Source: an uncultured Dehalococcoidales bacterium (GTDB taxonomy: Bacteria; Chloroflexota; Dehalococcoidia; E44-bin15). From it: DNA of 64,000 bases. The stretch spans positions 2,465-66,464 of the forward strand of contig CAYRYW010000003.1 of NCBI GenBank assembly GCA_964428725.1, in the 5' to 3' direction. The notes below the pieces were generated by a model, which was not told where the DNA came from, ran no database searches, and saw only the letters and a list, made by a program, of their open reading frames with translations. Within the stretch, counting starts at the first letter, position 1. Every line of letters starts with the position of its first letter. Positions 8,477-19,660 of this stretch are shown in pieces. Made by a program: the position numbers and the translations under genes.

Positions 8477-10144
8477 TTGAGGAGCGACATCGCCAAGAAG
8501 GGATCGACACGTGCGCCGCACCGCGCCCTGTTGCGCGCTGTGGGCGTCGGCGATCGAGACTTCGCTCAGCCGTTCGTCGGTGTGGTGAACAGCTTCAGCG
8601 AGGTTATACCCGGACACGTTCACCTGGACGTGATAGCCCGCGCGGTCAAGGACGGCGTGAGAAGCGCCGGCGGCACGCCTTTCGAGGTGAACACCATCGG
8701 AGTGTGCGACGGCATCGCCATGGGGCATGCTGGCATGAAGTACAGCCTGCCCAGCCGCGAGCTCATCGCCGATTCGGTGGAGGTCGTGGTTCAGGCGCAT
8801 GCCTTCGACGCCCTGGTGTTCATCCCCAACTGCGACAAGATAATCCCCGGCATGCTGATGGCGGCAGCCCGGCTCAACATCCCCTCGATATTCGTCAGCG
8901 GGGGCCCCATGCTGGCCGGCCGTCTGGGCGGCAATAAGCTGGATGTGAACAGCGTGTTCATGGCTGTGGGCAGGGTGGCTACAGGCGACATGAGCGAGGC
9001 GGAGCTGGACGAGATGGAGCGGGCGGCCTGCCCCGGCTGCGGGAGCTGCGCCGGCATGTTCACCGCCAACACCATGAACTGCCTGACAGAGGCGCTGGGG
9101 ATGGCGCTTCCGGGCAATGGGACCATACCTGCCGTCGACGCCCGGCGCAGCGTGCTGGCACGCGAGGCGGGGAGACAGATAATGGATCTTCTCAAGGATA
9201 ACGTCTGTCCCCGGGATATCATAACGCACGGAGCCATGCGGAACGCCTTCATGGTGGATATGGCGCTCGGAGGGAGCACCAACTCCGTGCTGCACCTCAT
9301 GGCCATCGCGCGTGAGGCCGGCATCGATTTCTCGCTGGAGGAGATAAACGATATCAGCAGCAGGACTCCGCACCTGTCCAGGCTCAGCCCGGCGGGGGAG
9401 AACCGTATCGAGGATCTGGACCGCGCCGGAGGCATTGGCGCGGTGATGAAGGAGATCGAGGGGTTGCTGGACATGAGCGTCAGGAGGGCTTCCGGCAAGT
9501 CGCTGAAAAGTGAGCTGTCGCATGCCCGCGTGCGCGACCGCGAGGTCATCCGTCCGTTCAAAAAGCCGCACAGCCCCACCGGCGGCCTGACCATACTGTT
9601 CGGCAACCTGGCGCCGGAGGGAGCGGTGGTGAAGAGCGCCGCCGTGTCTCCGGACATGCTGGTTCACCGCGGAGAGGCCAGGGTTTTCGATTCCGAGGAA
9701 GAGGGCACCGATGCCATACTCGCCGGCAAGATAAAACCGGGACAGGTGGTGGTCATACGCTACGAGGGGCCGAAGGGGGGCCCGGGGATGCGGGAGATGC
9801 TGGGGCCGACGTCGATACTGAGCGGCATGGGCATGGGCGACAGCGTGGCGCTGATCACCGACGGGCGTTTCTCGGGCGCTACCAAGGGGGCAGCTATCGG
9901 GCACATATCTCCGGAGGCAGCCGCAAGGGGTCCCATCGCCGTCTTGAAGGATGGCGATATCATCAAGATAGACATACCCAATCATCGGGTAGATGTGGAT
10001 TTGAGCGACGCTGAGCTTAAGAAGCGGATATCGCGGTTGCCTGAGTTCAAGCCGAAGGTAAGGTCGGGTTATCTGCTGAGGTATGCTGAGAAGGTAACCT
10101 CGGCGGGCAGCGGCGCGGTTTTTCAAGATCAGGGGGCAAAATGA
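8477..10144 (+). CDS. ilvD: Dihydroxy-acid dehydratase
   Basis: [18 protein letters not shown]-terminus, [19 protein letters not shown] and [14 protein letters not shown] cluster motifs. TTG start at 8477 with GGGAGG 7 nt upstream; the ORF-track start at 8447 adds 10 non-conserved residues. Confidence 0.93.
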   Translation: MRSDIAKKGSTRAPHRALLRAVGVGDRDFAQPFVGVVNSFSEVIPGHVHLDVIARAVKDGVRSAGGTPFEVNTIGVCDGIAMGHAGMKYSLPSRELIADSVEVVVQAHAFDALVFIPNCDKIIPGMLMAAARLNIPSIFVSGGPMLAGRLGGNKLDVNSVFMAVGRVATGDMSEAELDEMERAACPGCGSCAGMFTANTMNCLTEALGMALPGNGTIPAVDARRSVLAREAGRQIMDLLKDNVCPRDIITHGAMRNAFMVDMALGGSTNSVLHLMAIAREAGIDFSLEEINDISSRTPHLSRLSPAGENRIEDLDRAGGIGAVMKEIEGLLDMSVRRASGKSLKSELSHARVRDREVIRPFKKPHSPTGGLTILFGNLAPEGAVVKSAAVSPDMLVHRGEARVFDSEEEGTDAILAGKIKPGQVVVIRYEGPKGGPGMREMLGPTSILSGMGMGDSVALITDGRFSGATKGAAIGHISPEAAARGPIAVLKDGDIIKIDIPNHRVDVDLSDAELKKRISRLPEFKPKVRSGYLLRYAEKVTSAGSGAVFQDQGAK

Positions 10145-11835
10145 AGCTAAGCGGTGCAAAAATAATTTGTGAGAGCCTGATAAAAGAGGGGACGGATGTC
10201 ATGTTCGGGATACCCGGCGGGGTGCTGCTGCCGTTCTATGACACGCTGCCCGAATATCCTCAGATACACCACATACTTTGTCGCCATGAGCAGGGTGCGG
10301 CCCACGCTGCGGAAGGGTTCGCGCGGGCGACGGGCAGGGTTGGCGTTTGCATGGCCACATCCGGACCGGGAGCCACCAACCTGGTCACCGGCATCGCCTC
10401 GGCATATCTGGATTCGACGCCCATGGTCGCAATCACGGGGCAGGTGGCACGGCCCTTTATCGGGAAGGACGCCTTCCAGGAGATCGATATCACCGGGATC
10501 ACATTGCCCATAACCAAGCACAACTATCAGGTGATGGCCGCTGCTGACCTGGCCGCAACGGTTAAGGAAGCGTTCCATATCGCCAGCACCGGCAGGCATG
10601 GGCCGGTGCTCATCGATGTGCCCAGCGATGTGCTGATCGAGGAAGCGGAATTCCGCTATCCGGATAAGGTCAGCCTTCAGGGATACAAGCCTACGGTGCG
10701 CGGTCATCCGGCACAGATAAAGAAGGCCGCCAAGGTTATCAGCGAGGCGCAGCGCCCGCTGATCATCGCCGGCAGGGGTGTGCTCATATCGAACGGCACC
10801 TCCGAGCTCAAGGAACTGGCGGAGAAATGCCAGATACCGGTGGTCAATACGCTGCTGGGGCTTGGCAGCTTCCCGGGGACGCACCCGCTGTGCCTTGGCA
10901 TGCTGGGGATGCATGGCGATGCCCACTGCAATTACGCGGTCAACGCCGCCGACCTGCTCATCGCCATCGGCATGAGGTTCGATGACAGGGCTACCGCCAA
11001 GGTATCGGGGTTCGCCCCCACGGCTTGTGTGATACATATCGATATCGATCCCGCCGAGATCGGCAAGAATGTCAAGGTGGACGTGCCCATCGTGGGTGAG
11101 GTCAGGAACGTGCTCAAGGCGCTGAATGCGGAGGTGGAGCAGAAGACGCACGGCGACTGGCTGAGGCAGATAGATGCCTGGCAGCGTGAATGCCCGCCGC
11201 AGAAGATACGCCGTACTACCAGCCTGCTGCCGCAATATGTGATTCGACAGATATATGATGTCACCAGGGGCGAGTCGATAGTCGTCACAGGCGTGGGGCA
11301 GAACCAGATGTGGGCTGCGCTGTACTATAAATATGATCGCCCGAATACCTTCATATCGTCGGGCGGACTGGGGCCGATGGGTTTCGAGCTGCCGGCTGCC
11401 ATGGGTGCCAAGGTGGGTTGCCCGGATGAGACCGTGTGGTGCATCGCCGGCGACGGCGGGTTCCAGATGACGATCCAGGAGCTGGCCACCATCGTGCAGG
11501 AGAAGCTGGCGGTGAAGATCGCCGTCCTGAATAACGGTTACCTCGGCATGGTGCGCCAGTGGCAGCAACTGTTCTTCGGCCGCCGCTATGTGGCTACGCC
11601 GCTGAGCGGCCCGGACTTTGTGAAGGTGGCGGAGGCCTACGGCATCGCCGGTGAACGTGTGACGGATAAGGCGCTGGCGACCGCTGCCATCGAGAATGCC
11701 ATGGCGCACGACGGGCCATATCTCATCGACTTCCAGGTGGAGCCTGAAGAGAACGTATTGCCGATGGTGAGCAAGGGCGCCACGCTGTGCGATATGATAC
11801 TGGATAAGCCTAAAGAGGAGGCTGTAGCGAGATAA
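10141..11835 (+). CDS. ilvB: Acetolactate synthase (acetohydroxyacid synthase) large subunit
   Basis: ThDP-enzyme motifs ([35 protein letters not shown]). ATGA overlap with the ilvD stop. Confidence 0.93.
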   Translation: MKLSGAKIICESLIKEGTDVMFGIPGGVLLPFYDTLPEYPQIHHILCRHEQGAAHAAEGFARATGRVGVCMATSGPGATNLVTGIASAYLDSTPMVAITGQVARPFIGKDAFQEIDITGITLPITKHNYQVMAAADLAATVKEAFHIASTGRHGPVLIDVPSDVLIEEAEFRYPDKVSLQGYKPTVRGHPAQIKKAAKVISEAQRPLIIAGRGVLISNGTSELKELAEKCQIPVVNTLLGLGSFPGTHPLCLGMLGMHGDAHCNYAVNAADLLIAIGMRFDDRATAKVSGFAPTACVIHIDIDPAEIGKNVKVDVPIVGEVRNVLKALNAEVEQKTHGDWLRQIDAWQRECPPQKIRRTTSLLPQYVIRQIYDVTRGESIVVTGVGQNQMWAALYYKYDRPNTFISSGGLGPMGFELPAAMGAKVGCPDETVWCIAGDGGFQMTIQELATIVQEKLAVKIAVLNNGYLGMVRQWQQLFFGRRYVATPLSGPDFVKVAEAYGIAGERVTDKALATAAIENAMAHDGPYLIDFQVEPEENVLPMVSKGATLCDMILDKPKEEAVAR

Positions 11836-12389
11836 TGGCGAAACATACAATAGTCACCCTGGTTGAAGATAAGCCCGGCGTGCTCAACCGCGTCTCGAGC
11901 CTGTTCCGCAGGCGGGGGTTCAACATCGAGAGCATCGCCGTGGGGCATGCTGAGATACCGGGCGTCTCGCGCATGACGATAGTGGTCGATGGCTCTGCTG
12001 TCTCGGTGGAGCAGGTGCGGAAGCAGCTGGACAAGCTCGTCAACGTGATCCGGATTACCGATATCACCGACAGCAGCCTGGTGGCCCGGGAGCTGGCCCT
12101 GATCAAGGTCAGGTCGACGCCGGGAACGAGGGGCGAGATAATCGAGATAGTCGACATATATCGTGCGAAGATCGTGGATGTTTCCATGGACTCGATCGTC
12201 GTCGAGGTCACCGGCGACGAGGACAAGATCGAGTCGCTGATGCGGTTGCTCAAGGGATACGGCATCCGGGAGGTGGCGCGCACCGGCAGGATCGCCATGC
12301 AGCGGGGCATAGCAGCCCCATCGGTGTCGGAGCAGAAGGCTCATACCCGGCCGGCCCGCGCCAAAAAAGCGGCGGAACCTGAGGCATAA
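11835..12389 (+). CDS. ilvN: Acetolactate synthase small (regulatory) subunit
   Basis: ACT-domain start HT....[28 protein letters not shown] overlap with ilvB. Confidence 0.9.
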   Translation: MAKHTIVTLVEDKPGVLNRVSSLFRRRGFNIESIAVGHAEIPGVSRMTIVVDGSAVSVEQVRKQLDKLVNVIRITDITDSSLVARELALIKVRSTPGTRGEIIEIVDIYRAKIVDVSMDSIVVEVTGDEDKIESLMRLLKGYGIREVARTGRIAMQRGIAAPSVSEQKAHTRPARAKKAAEPEA

Positions 12390-12418
12390 TAGTCGATACA
12401 TATATAAGGAGAGATGTA

Positions 12419-13417
12419 ATGGCAAAGATATACTACGACAAGGACGCCAAGTTGAACCTCATAAAGGACAAGGTTATCGGCATCATAGGCTTCGGCAGCC
12501 AGGGGCATGCCCATGCCCAGAACCTCAGGGACAGCGGCTGCCAGGTGATGGTGGGAGAGCTGAAGGGCAGCGATCCGTGGAAAGCGGCTGCAAGGGCCGG
12601 GTTCAAGGTGGCCTCCGCCAATGTCGTATCGAAGGCGGCTGACATTATCGTAATGCTGGTCCCAGACAACCTGCAGCGCACGATCTATTACAACGATATC
12701 GAGTCGAATCTGGTTAACGGCAACATGCTGATGTTCGCCCACGGTTTCAATATCCACTACAATCAGATCGTGCCATCGCCCAAAGTAGACGTCGCCATGA
12801 TCGCCCCCAAGTGCCCGGGGCACATGCTGCGCCAGCTGTATACCGAGGGCTCCTGCCCTCCAGCGCTGGTGGCTGTCCATCAGGATGCCACCGGCAAGGC
12901 CAGGCAGATAGCGCTGGCGTACGCCAAGGGGCTGGGATGCACGCGGGCAGGGGTGCTGGAGACCACCTTTATCGAGGAGACCGAGACCGACCTTTTCGGC
13001 GAACAGACGGTGCTGTGCGGCGGCGTTACTTCGCTGATCAAGGCCGGCTTCGAGACGCTGGTGGATGCCGGGTACCAGCCGGAGATCGCCTACTTCGAGG
13101 TGTGCCATGAGCTGAAGCTGATCGTCGACCTGATCTATCGCGGAGGCTTCTCGTTCATGCGATATTCGGTGAGCGATACCGCCGAGTACGGGGATTACAC
13201 CCGGGGGCCGCGGGTCATCGATGATTACGTCAGGGAGGAGATGGAGCAGATATTGGCTGAGATACAGGACGGCACCTTCGCCCGAGAGTGGATACTGGAG
13301 AACCAGGCAGGACGCCCGGTGTACAATGCCGCCAGGAGGATGGAAGCGGAACACGAGATCGAAGAGGTGGGTGCCAGGCTGCGGTCCATGATGTCGTGGC
13401 TCAAGGAGAAGAAGTAA
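12419..13417 (+). CDS. ilvC: Ketol-acid reductoisomerase (class I)
   Basis: [27 protein letters not shown], and the [20 protein letters not shown] signature. Confidence 0.95.
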   Translation: MAKIYYDKDAKLNLIKDKVIGIIGFGSQGHAHAQNLRDSGCQVMVGELKGSDPWKAAARAGFKVASANVVSKAADIIVMLVPDNLQRTIYYNDIESNLVNGNMLMFAHGFNIHYNQIVPSPKVDVAMIAPKCPGHMLRQLYTEGSCPPALVAVHQDATGKARQIALAYAKGLGCTRAGVLETTFIEETETDLFGEQTVLCGGVTSLIKAGFETLVDAGYQPEIAYFEVCHELKLIVDLIYRGGFSFMRYSVSDTAEYGDYTRGPRVIDDYVREEMEQILAEIQDGTFAREWILENQAGRPVYNAARRMEAEHEIEEVGARLRSMMSWLKEKK

Positions 13418-13491
13418 TTCGGCATTTGAAATGTCGTCGTTCATGATACTGTCGCATTGCATACAGATAGAACATCGGTGGTGAATGTAAA

Positions 13492-15036
13492 ATGGCTGCC
13501 AGGGTAAAGAAGAGCGATATGGAGAGGGTGATCATATTCGACACCACGCTGCGCGATGGTGAGCAGGCGCCGGGAGCCACGCTCAACCTCGAAGAGAAGC
13601 TGGAGATCGCACGGCAGCTGGAGCACCTGGGCATCGATGTCATCGAGGCAGGCTTCCCCATCGCATCGCGCGGCGATTTCGATGCGGTGAGCATGGTCGC
13701 CAGGGAGCTGAAGCAGTCGATAGTCTGCGCGCTGGCGCACGCCAATCCGGATGCCGTGGACTACGCCTGGGAATCTATAAAGGATGCGAAGCGCGCCCGC
13801 ATTCACGTGTTCCTTTCCAGTTCGGAGATACACCTCACCCATCAACTGAGAAAAGGTCAGGGTGAGGTATTGCAGCTGGCATGCGATATGGTGCGCCGGG
13901 CAAAGAAGTGTGTGGAAGACGTGGAGTTCTCGCCGATGGATGCGACCCGCACCGATCCTGAATTCATCTATCGCATAACTCAGGCGGTTATCGATGCAGG
14001 GGCGACCACAGTGAACATACCGGATACGGTGGGTTACACCACGCCGGGCGAGTTCGCCGGTCTCATCAGGGGCATATTCGAGAATGTGACCAATGTACAT
14101 AAGGCGGTCATCAGTGTCCATTGCCATGATGACCTGGGACTGGCTGTGGCCAACAGCCTGGCAGCGCTGAAGGAAGGCGCCCGGCAGGTGGAGTGCACCA
14201 TAAACGGCATAGGCGAGCGGGCGGGCAACGCCTCCATGGAAGAGATCGTGATGGCGGTGCGCACCCGGCGGGACGTGTTCAGGCTGACGACCAACATAAA
14301 CATATCGCAGATATATAAGACCAGCCGCCTGGTCAGCGAGCTAACGGGTTTCTCCATCCCGCCCAACAAGGCGATAGTGGGCTCAAATGCCTTCCGCCAC
14401 GAGTCGGGGATACACCAAGATGGAGTACTCAAGGAGCGGAGCACATATGAGATAATGGATGCGCGAGATATTGGCTGGCCGTCCAGCGCGCTGGTGCTGG
14501 GTAAGCACAGCGGGCGGCACGCCCTGAGCAAGAAGCTGGAGGGGTTGGGCTACAGCCTGAGCGATGAAGAGCTGGAGCGTGCGTTCCACGCATTCAAGGA
14601 TCTGGCCGACAAGAAGAAGCAGGTTACCAACCGTGACCTTGAATCGCTGGTGGCGCAGGAGAAGCGCACCGTCTCCGAGGCGTATCGTCTGGAGCAGGTG
14701 CAGGTGTCGTGCGGCGATCACAGCGTGCCCACGGCAACGGTGAAGCTTGCGGCGCCGGACGGGAAGGTGCTGGCGGATGCCGCCCTGGGCACGGGCCCGG
14801 TGGATGCCGTATATAAAGCCATCAACCGCCTGGTGGGGATGCCCAACAAGCTCACCGAGTTCAGTGTCACCTCGGTAACCGAGGGCATTGACGCAATCGG
14901 TGAAGTGACCATTCGTATCGAGAGCGAGGGCCACACCTATACCGGGCGCGGCGCGGACACCGATGTCATAGTCGCCTCGGCCAAGGCTTATCTCAACGCG
15001 CTGAACCGGCTGATAGCGGCCAAGAGCATGGAGTGA
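13492..15036 (+). CDS. leuA: 2-isopropylmalate synthase
   Basis: [38 protein letters not shown], and the C-terminal LeuA dimerisation/regulatory domain (GTGPVDA.YKAI). Confidence 0.92.
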   Translation: MAARVKKSDMERVIIFDTTLRDGEQAPGATLNLEEKLEIARQLEHLGIDVIEAGFPIASRGDFDAVSMVARELKQSIVCALAHANPDAVDYAWESIKDAKRARIHVFLSSSEIHLTHQLRKGQGEVLQLACDMVRRAKKCVEDVEFSPMDATRTDPEFIYRITQAVIDAGATTVNIPDTVGYTTPGEFAGLIRGIFENVTNVHKAVISVHCHDDLGLAVANSLAALKEGARQVECTINGIGERAGNASMEEIVMAVRTRRDVFRLTTNINISQIYKTSRLVSELTGFSIPPNKAIVGSNAFRHESGIHQDGVLKERSTYEIMDARDIGWPSSALVLGKHSGRHALSKKLEGLGYSLSDEELERAFHAFKDLADKKKQVTNRDLESLVAQEKRTVSEAYRLEQVQVSCGDHSVPTATVKLAAPDGKVLADAALGTGPVDAVYKAINRLVGMPNKLTEFSVTSVTEGIDAIGEVTIRIESEGHTYTGRGADTDVIVASAKAYLNALNRLIAAKSME

Positions 15037-15044
15037 AGGCATAC

Positions 15045-15185
15045 ATGGAAGACGAAACATATAAAAAACGCGTGGACGGGATCGTAACAACCATTAAGAT
15101 ACTGGTCATCCTGGCTTTCCTCAGCCTGACCTGCAGCCTGGCTGCGCTGGCGATATCACTCGCCGTATTAATCACTAGAGATTAG
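15045..15185 (+). CDS. Possible 46-aa single-TM micro-protein
   Basis: ATG 15045 (GAAGG upstream) to TAG 15183-15185. MEDETYKKRVDGIVTTIKILVILAFLSLTCSLAALAISLAVLITRD. Below the ORF-track size cutoff, found by reading the sequence. Coding status unproven. Confidence 0.3.
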   Translation: MEDETYKKRVDGIVTTIKILVILAFLSLTCSLAALAISLAVLITRD

Positions 15186-15383
15186 CGATTTTTACGATGT
15201 CGAACGTTCGAAAGAATCCCATGCTGGTCTATATTTACCTCCATCGTGGCGGGTGCTCAGGTTCCAGTCGATCGATCAGCTATGTGCTGAAGGACCTTCG
15301 ACTAATGGCTGGCAGTGCATCCAGATGGGCATTTTACAGATCTGCGTTGGGTTCGCAACAGCAGGTGTACTAGGGGGCAGTAT

Positions 15384-15806
15384 ATGGCGCCAGAGTGGTT
15401 ACCAGCTGAGGTAGTTATGATACTGCGGGTCGTTCTGGCTGCAGTGCTGGGAGCGGTCGTTGGCTGGGAGCGGTTTCACGCCGGCAAGATGGCCGGTATC
15501 CGCACCCACATGCTGGTCAGCGTTGGGGCTGCCCTGTTCACCGTGACATCCATGTGGGCCTTCGGTGATAAGGCCGATGCCGCCCGTTTGGCTGCAGGGG
15601 TGGTCGCCGGGATCGGCTTCATCGGTGGTGGCATGATCATCCGCACTTCAGGCGGGGCACTGGAAGGACTGACCACGGCGGCAGGGATATGGGCGGTATC
15701 CGCTATCGGCCTGGCCGCAGGAGCGGGCATGTACATTGTGGCGCCGGTGGTCGCTTTGATTGTGTTCATAATATTACTCATACCCAAGAAAATGGCAGGG
15801 CAGTGA
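15384..15806 (+). CDS. MgtC/SapB family membrane protein
   Basis: RV.LA..LG..VG.ER....K.AG.RTH.LV..G.ALF signature of the MgtC N-terminal domain, 4-5 TM. ATG 15384 preceded by GGGGG. Its stop overlaps the leuC start (GTGATG). Confidence 0.8.
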   Translation: MAPEWLPAEVVMILRVVLAAVLGAVVGWERFHAGKMAGIRTHMLVSVGAALFTVTSMWAFGDKADAARLAAGVVAGIGFIGGGMIIRTSGGALEGLTTAAGIWAVSAIGLAAGAGMYIVAPVVALIVFIILLIPKKMAGQ

Positions 15807-17068
15807 TGGGTTCTACCATGGCCCAGAAGATCCTTGCGGCACACAGCGGCAGGGATAGTGTGAGTCCTGGCGAGTTGCTTAACGTCAGGGTCGATCTGGT
15901 CATGGCCAACGATATCACCTCACCTATAGCCATCAGGGAGTTCTGGCGCATCGGTGTCTCGAAGGTGTTCGACCCGAACAAAGTGGTGCTGGTGGCGGAC
16001 CACTTCGTCCCCAACAAAGATATCCCGTCGGCGGAGCAGGCCAAGGTGATGCGGGAATTTGCTCGCGAACAGGGCGTGGTCTACTTCGAGGTTGGACGCG
16101 GCGGCATCGAGCACGTTTTGCTGCCTGAGCAGGGCCTGGTGCTGCCCGGCGACGTGGTGGTCGGCGCCGATTCGCATACCTGCACGTACGGCGCGCTGGG
16201 GGCCTTCGCCACCGGCATGGGCTCTACCGATGTCGCCTGCGCCATGGCCACGGGTGAGGTGTGGATGAAGGTGCCGCAGACGGTCCGCTTCTTGTACCAC
16301 GGCAGGCTGCGAAAATGGGTCGGCGGCAAGGATCTCATCCTGCACACCATCGGCGATATCGGCGTTGACGGTGCGCGCTATGCGGCGATGGAGTTCTGCG
16401 GCGAGGCGATAGATTCGCTGTCGATGGACGGCCGCTTCACCATGGCCAATATGGCCATCGAGGCCGGCGGTAAGGCGGGCTTATTCCGTGTGGATAAGAA
16501 GACGCGGGCATACCTTCACAAGAAGGCCGAACGTTCCTATACAGTATACGAGCCCGATGAGGATGCCCAGTACGAGAGATCGATCGAATACGACGCGTCG
16601 CAAATCGAGCCGCAGGTGGCCTTTCCGCACCTGCCATCGAATGTCAGGCCGATCAGCCAGGCGGGCGAGGTGCGCATCGATCAGTCCGTCATCGGGAGCT
16701 GCACCAACGGGCGTATAGAGGACATGGAGGTTGCCGCCGAGATACTGAAGTGGAAGCAGGTGCATCCCGACGTGCGCCTGATAATAATACCCGGCTCGCA
16801 GGCTGTATATCGTGAGGCCGTGCACCGCGGGTACATGGATATATTCGTACGCGCCGGCGCAGCGGTGAGCACGCCTACGTGCGGCCCGTGTCTGGGCGGG
16901 CACATGGGCATACTGGCGGCCGGCGAGCGGGCCATATCCACCACCAATCGAAATTTCGTAGGGCGGATGGGCGCTGCCAGCTCCGAGGTGTACCTGTCGG
17001 GGCCGGCGGTGGCTGCCGCCAGCGCCATAGCGGGGAGGATCGCCGGCCCGGATGAGGTGATGCAATGA
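15806..17068 (+). CDS. leuC: 3-isopropylmalate dehydratase large subunit
   Basis: MAQKILA.HSG, aconitase-family GADSHT and GSCTNGR..D cluster motifs. The ORF-track start 15689 lies inside mgtC, so the start is moved to ATG 15806 (or 15818). Confidence 0.92.
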   Translation: MGSTMAQKILAAHSGRDSVSPGELLNVRVDLVMANDITSPIAIREFWRIGVSKVFDPNKVVLVADHFVPNKDIPSAEQAKVMREFAREQGVVYFEVGRGGIEHVLLPEQGLVLPGDVVVGADSHTCTYGALGAFATGMGSTDVACAMATGEVWMKVPQTVRFLYHGRLRKWVGGKDLILHTIGDIGVDGARYAAMEFCGEAIDSLSMDGRFTMANMAIEAGGKAGLFRVDKKTRAYLHKKAERSYTVYEPDEDAQYERSIEYDASQIEPQVAFPHLPSNVRPISQAGEVRIDQSVIGSCTNGRIEDMEVAAEILKWKQVHPDVRLIIIPGSQAVYREAVHRGYMDIFVRAGAAVSTPTCGPCLGGHMGILAAGERAISTTNRNFVGRMGAASSEVYLSGPAVAAASAIAGRIAGPDEVMQ

Positions 17069-17241
17069 AGCGCGACCTGGCGACACGGGTAGCGGTACTG
17101 CTTGTCGGCATATTGATCATAGCCGGTATCGTGATGATATCGAAGGTGTTCTTCAGAGGGATGCTGGTGGGTGTGGCGTTGACGTTCTTTGTGATGATTG
17201 CCCTGTACTGGATTAGTCGGAACTTGCGCAGGCGTAAATAG
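17065..17241 (+). CDS. Possible 58-aa two-TM micro-protein
   Basis: ATGA overlap with the leuC stop. MKRDLATRVAVLLVGILIIAGIVMISKVFFRGMLVGVALTFFVMIALYWISRNLRRRK. Not in the ORF track (under 60 aa). Confidence 0.35.
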   Translation: MKRDLATRVAVLLVGILIIAGIVMISKVFFRGMLVGVALTFFVMIALYWISRNLRRRK

Positions 17242-17265
17242 TTTGCGGGCAGCGGAGGTGTAAAT

Positions 17266-18087
17266 ATGGGTTTCATGGATTGGCTGTTCGGTAAGAAAAA
17301 GAAAAAAAGAAGGCGGGCGGTTCAGGGGAAGCGTCGACCGATGGCAGCCCAGAAGAGGATGGTAAGCGAAAGGAAGGTTGCTGCGGCGAAGACAGCGCAT
17401 CCCGCGGCGAAGGGATCGCAGACATCATCCCGGCCGCAGCCTATCGCCATAAGGCCGCAGGCGTCTGTCCCGTCCATCGATTACTTCGAGTCGCCGCGCC
17501 CCACCGGCGATGTCGCATGCATGCACGGGGAGTGCACCTGCCGGGGAGCGGCCATCGCTCACGGAACGGGTTACTTATACATCAGCGAAGATTTAGTCGA
17601 ATACCGCCGCGATGCCCGCAGCATCGAAGCCGCGGAGACCAAGGCCAGCCGTGAGGTGGAGGGCACTGCGGGTGCTGCGCCGTCGACGCCCGGCGGCATT
17701 TCGGCTGCGCTTATCTGCGAGAGCGCCGCAATTTCCATGAAGTTGGACCTGCACGTGGCGGCTGCGGATGCCAGGCACTGGTGGGAGACGGGCATGGCCC
17801 CGCTGCGGGCGACGCCGGTGATAACGGTCGTTGAGGAGGAAGTCACGGTCGTGGAGTTGCCGGCTGCCCCTGTCGTCGAAAAGCTGGAGGAGGCGGTATC
17901 TGCCGAGCCGGTCGTCGAGGAACCGAAGTCGAAAGCCAGCAAGCCACGGACAAAGAAGTCGACGACGGCGGATACCAAAAAGAAGTCGACGACAGGCACG
18001 AGAAAGAAGTCGACGACGGGTACGAGGAAGAAGAAGGAGAAGGTAGAAGAGGTCAGCGAGGATGAAACTTCAGGGCAAGGCGCATAA
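17266..18087 (+). CDS. Hypothetical protein with poly-basic N-terminus and Lys/Ser/Thr repeat C-terminus
   Basis: [17 protein letters not shown]..., a central Cys/His patch (CMHGECTC), and a C-terminal [28 protein letters not shown]. Overlaps the leuD start by 26 nt. No family recognised. Confidence 0.5.
   Translation: MGFMDWLFGKKKKKRRRAVQGKRRPMAAQKRMVSERKVAAAKTAHPAAKGSQTSSRPQPIAIRPQASVPSIDYFESPRPTGDVACMHGECTCRGAAIAHGTGYLYISEDLVEYRRDARSIEAAETKASREVEGTAGAAPSTPGGISAALICESAAISMKLDLHVAAADARHWWETGMAPLRATPVITVVEEEVTVVELPAAPVVEKLEEAVSAEPVVEEPKSKASKPRTKKSTTADTKKKSTTGTRKKSTTGTRKKKEKVEEVSEDETSGQGA
17953..18030 (+). repeat. Three tandem 24-27-nt repeats (AAGAAGTCGACGAC...)
   Basis: Copies start at 17953, 17980 and 18004. 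They encode the KKSTT(A/G)(D)T(K/R) units. Confidence 0.8.
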
Positions 18088-18562
18088 GTACGGAGCCAAC
18101 GTCGACACCGACGCCATCATACCGGCGCGTTACCTTAACGTATCGGACTCGCAGGAGCTGGCGGCGCATTGTATGGAGGACATCGATGCCGAGTTCCTCG
18201 GTCGCCTGCAGCCCGGCGATATGATCGTCGCTACCACCAACTTCGGCTGCGGCTCGTCGCGGGAGCATGCGCCTATCGCCATCAAGGCAGCGGGTGTATC
18301 CTGCGTCATCGCCCAGAGCTTCGCCCGCATCTTCTTCCGCAATGCTATCAACATCGGCCTGCCGCTACTCGAGTGCGCGCAGGCGGATGAGATCGAGGCC
18401 GGCGACGAGCTGGTGGTGACGCTGGAGGCAGGGGAGATCTGGAATATTACCAAAAATAAACTATACAAAGCTGAGCCCTACCCCGATTTCATGCTGGGGA
18501 TAATGTCGGCGGGCGGGCTCATCGAATATACCCGTAAAAAGATATCAGATGAGAGGAATTGA
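18062..18562 (+). CDS. leuD: 3-isopropylmalate dehydratase small subunit
   Basis: [27 protein letters not shown] and the short (166 aa) archaeal/Chloroflexi-type length. Confidence 0.92.
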   Translation: MKLQGKAHKYGANVDTDAIIPARYLNVSDSQELAAHCMEDIDAEFLGRLQPGDMIVATTNFGCGSSREHAPIAIKAAGVSCVIAQSFARIFFRNAINIGLPLLECAQADEIEAGDELVVTLEAGEIWNITKNKLYKAEPYPDFMLGIMSAGGLIEYTRKKISDERN

Positions 18563-19657
18563 ATGAAGTTCGAAATCGCGCTTTTACCCGGCGACGGCAT
18601 CGGACCTGAGGTCGCCGCGGAAGGGGTCAAGGTGCTGAAGGCCGTGTGCCGCAAGTACGGACACGAATTCGTGTTCCACGAGGATCACATAGGCGGCATC
18701 GCCATCGATAATTACGGTGAAGCCCTGGCGAAGAAGACGCTGGCCATGTGCCGCAGGTGCCATGCGGTGCTGCTGGGCGCTGTTGGCGGGCCCAAGTGGG
18801 ATAATTCCGAATCCGACGTGCGTCCTGAGGACGGGCTTCTGGGATTGCGCAAGGGGCTTAAGCTGTTTGCCAATCTGCGGCCGGTGAAGGTGTTCCCCAT
18901 GCTTGAGGATCACACAAACCTTAAACCGGAGGTCGTCCGCGGCGTCGACCTCATCGTCGTGCGGGAGCTTACGGGCGGACTGTACTTTGGCAGGCCCAAG
19001 AAGCGCTGGAAGACGGAGAAGGGGCGCAGGGCCGTAGACTCCATGGTCTACACAGAGCAGGAAATAGAACGCATACTGCGCGTCGGTTTCGAGATAGCGC
19101 GTGGCCGCCGCAGGAAGCTGGCCTCCGTCGATAAACAGAATGTCCTTATGACCTCCCGATTGTGGCGCGAGATTGCCATCGAGATGTCCAGGGAGTATCC
19201 CGATGTGGAGCTGGAGCATCATCTGGTGGATGCCTGCACCATGCGCCTGATACAGAGGCCGTCGCAGTACGACGTGCTGGTTACCGAGAACACCTTTGGC
19301 GATATCATCACCGACGAGGCTTCGATGCTGGCCGGGTCGATGGGCATGCTGCCCTCGGCGAGCCTGTCCGGCATCTCAGCGGATGGCGGTCGTGTGCCTG
19401 GCATGTATGAGCCGATTCACGGCAGCGCGCCCGGCCGGGCGAACCAGAACATCGCCAACCCAATCGCCCAGATACTGAGCGTCGCCATGATGCTGAGGTA
19501 CTCGCTGGGATTGCCTCAGGGTGCCGACGACGTCGAGAGGGCGGTGTCCGCGGTACTGGAACAGGGCTATCGCACCTACGATATCATGGCGGCTGGCAAG
19601 ACCAAGGTTGGAACGAAGGAGATGGGGGATCGGATAGCGGGCGAGGTGGCGAAATAG
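18563..19657 (+). CDS. leuB: 3-isopropylmalate dehydrogenase
   Basis: LPGDGIGPEV, GAVGGPKWD, VRELTGG.YFG, NLFGDI.SDEAS...GS.GMLPSASL and the HGSAP..AG...ANP signature. Abuts the leuD stop. Confidence 0.95.
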   Translation: MKFEIALLPGDGIGPEVAAEGVKVLKAVCRKYGHEFVFHEDHIGGIAIDNYGEALAKKTLAMCRRCHAVLLGAVGGPKWDNSESDVRPEDGLLGLRKGLKLFANLRPVKVFPMLEDHTNLKPEVVRGVDLIVVRELTGGLYFGRPKKRWKTEKGRRAVDSMVYTEQEIERILRVGFEIARGRRRKLASVDKQNVLMTSRLWREIAIEMSREYPDVELEHHLVDACTMRLIQRPSQYDVLVTENTFGDIITDEASMLAGSMGMLPSASLSGISADGGRVPGMYEPIHGSAPGRANQNIANPIAQILSVAMMLRYSLGLPQGADDVERAVSAVLEQGYRTYDIMAAGKTKVGTKEMGDRIAGEVAK

Positions 19658-19660
19658 CAG

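Noticed and set aside
8450-10159. 569-aa minus-strand ORF covering the whole of ilvD. Similar long antisense ORFs are 10147-11850, 12341-13462, 19376-20686, 46658-48160, 49132-50058, 50208-51107, 54197-55234 and 56936-57784.
   Set aside because: Each lies exactly opposite a gene with unmistakable family motifs. Their translations are Arg/Ala/Gly/His-rich with no recognisable motifs. These are the stop-codon-poor shadow frames typical of high-GC DNA.
15186-15383. Possible Mg2+ (M-box) riboswitch upstream of the MgtC-family gene
   Set aside because: I looked for the conserved M-box blocks as I remember them and saw no convincing match. The region also lies inside an amino-acid biosynthesis operon. 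A cmscan would settle it.
15689-15805. Long N-terminal extension of leuC (ORF-track start 15689), and likewise the 5445-5837 extension of the small membrane ORF and the 50842 start of the CoA-transferase
   Set aside because: The extensions overlap the preceding genes in other frames, are Arg/Gly/Pro-rich, and precede the conserved family N-termini. Internal ATGs with SD-like sequences fit better.
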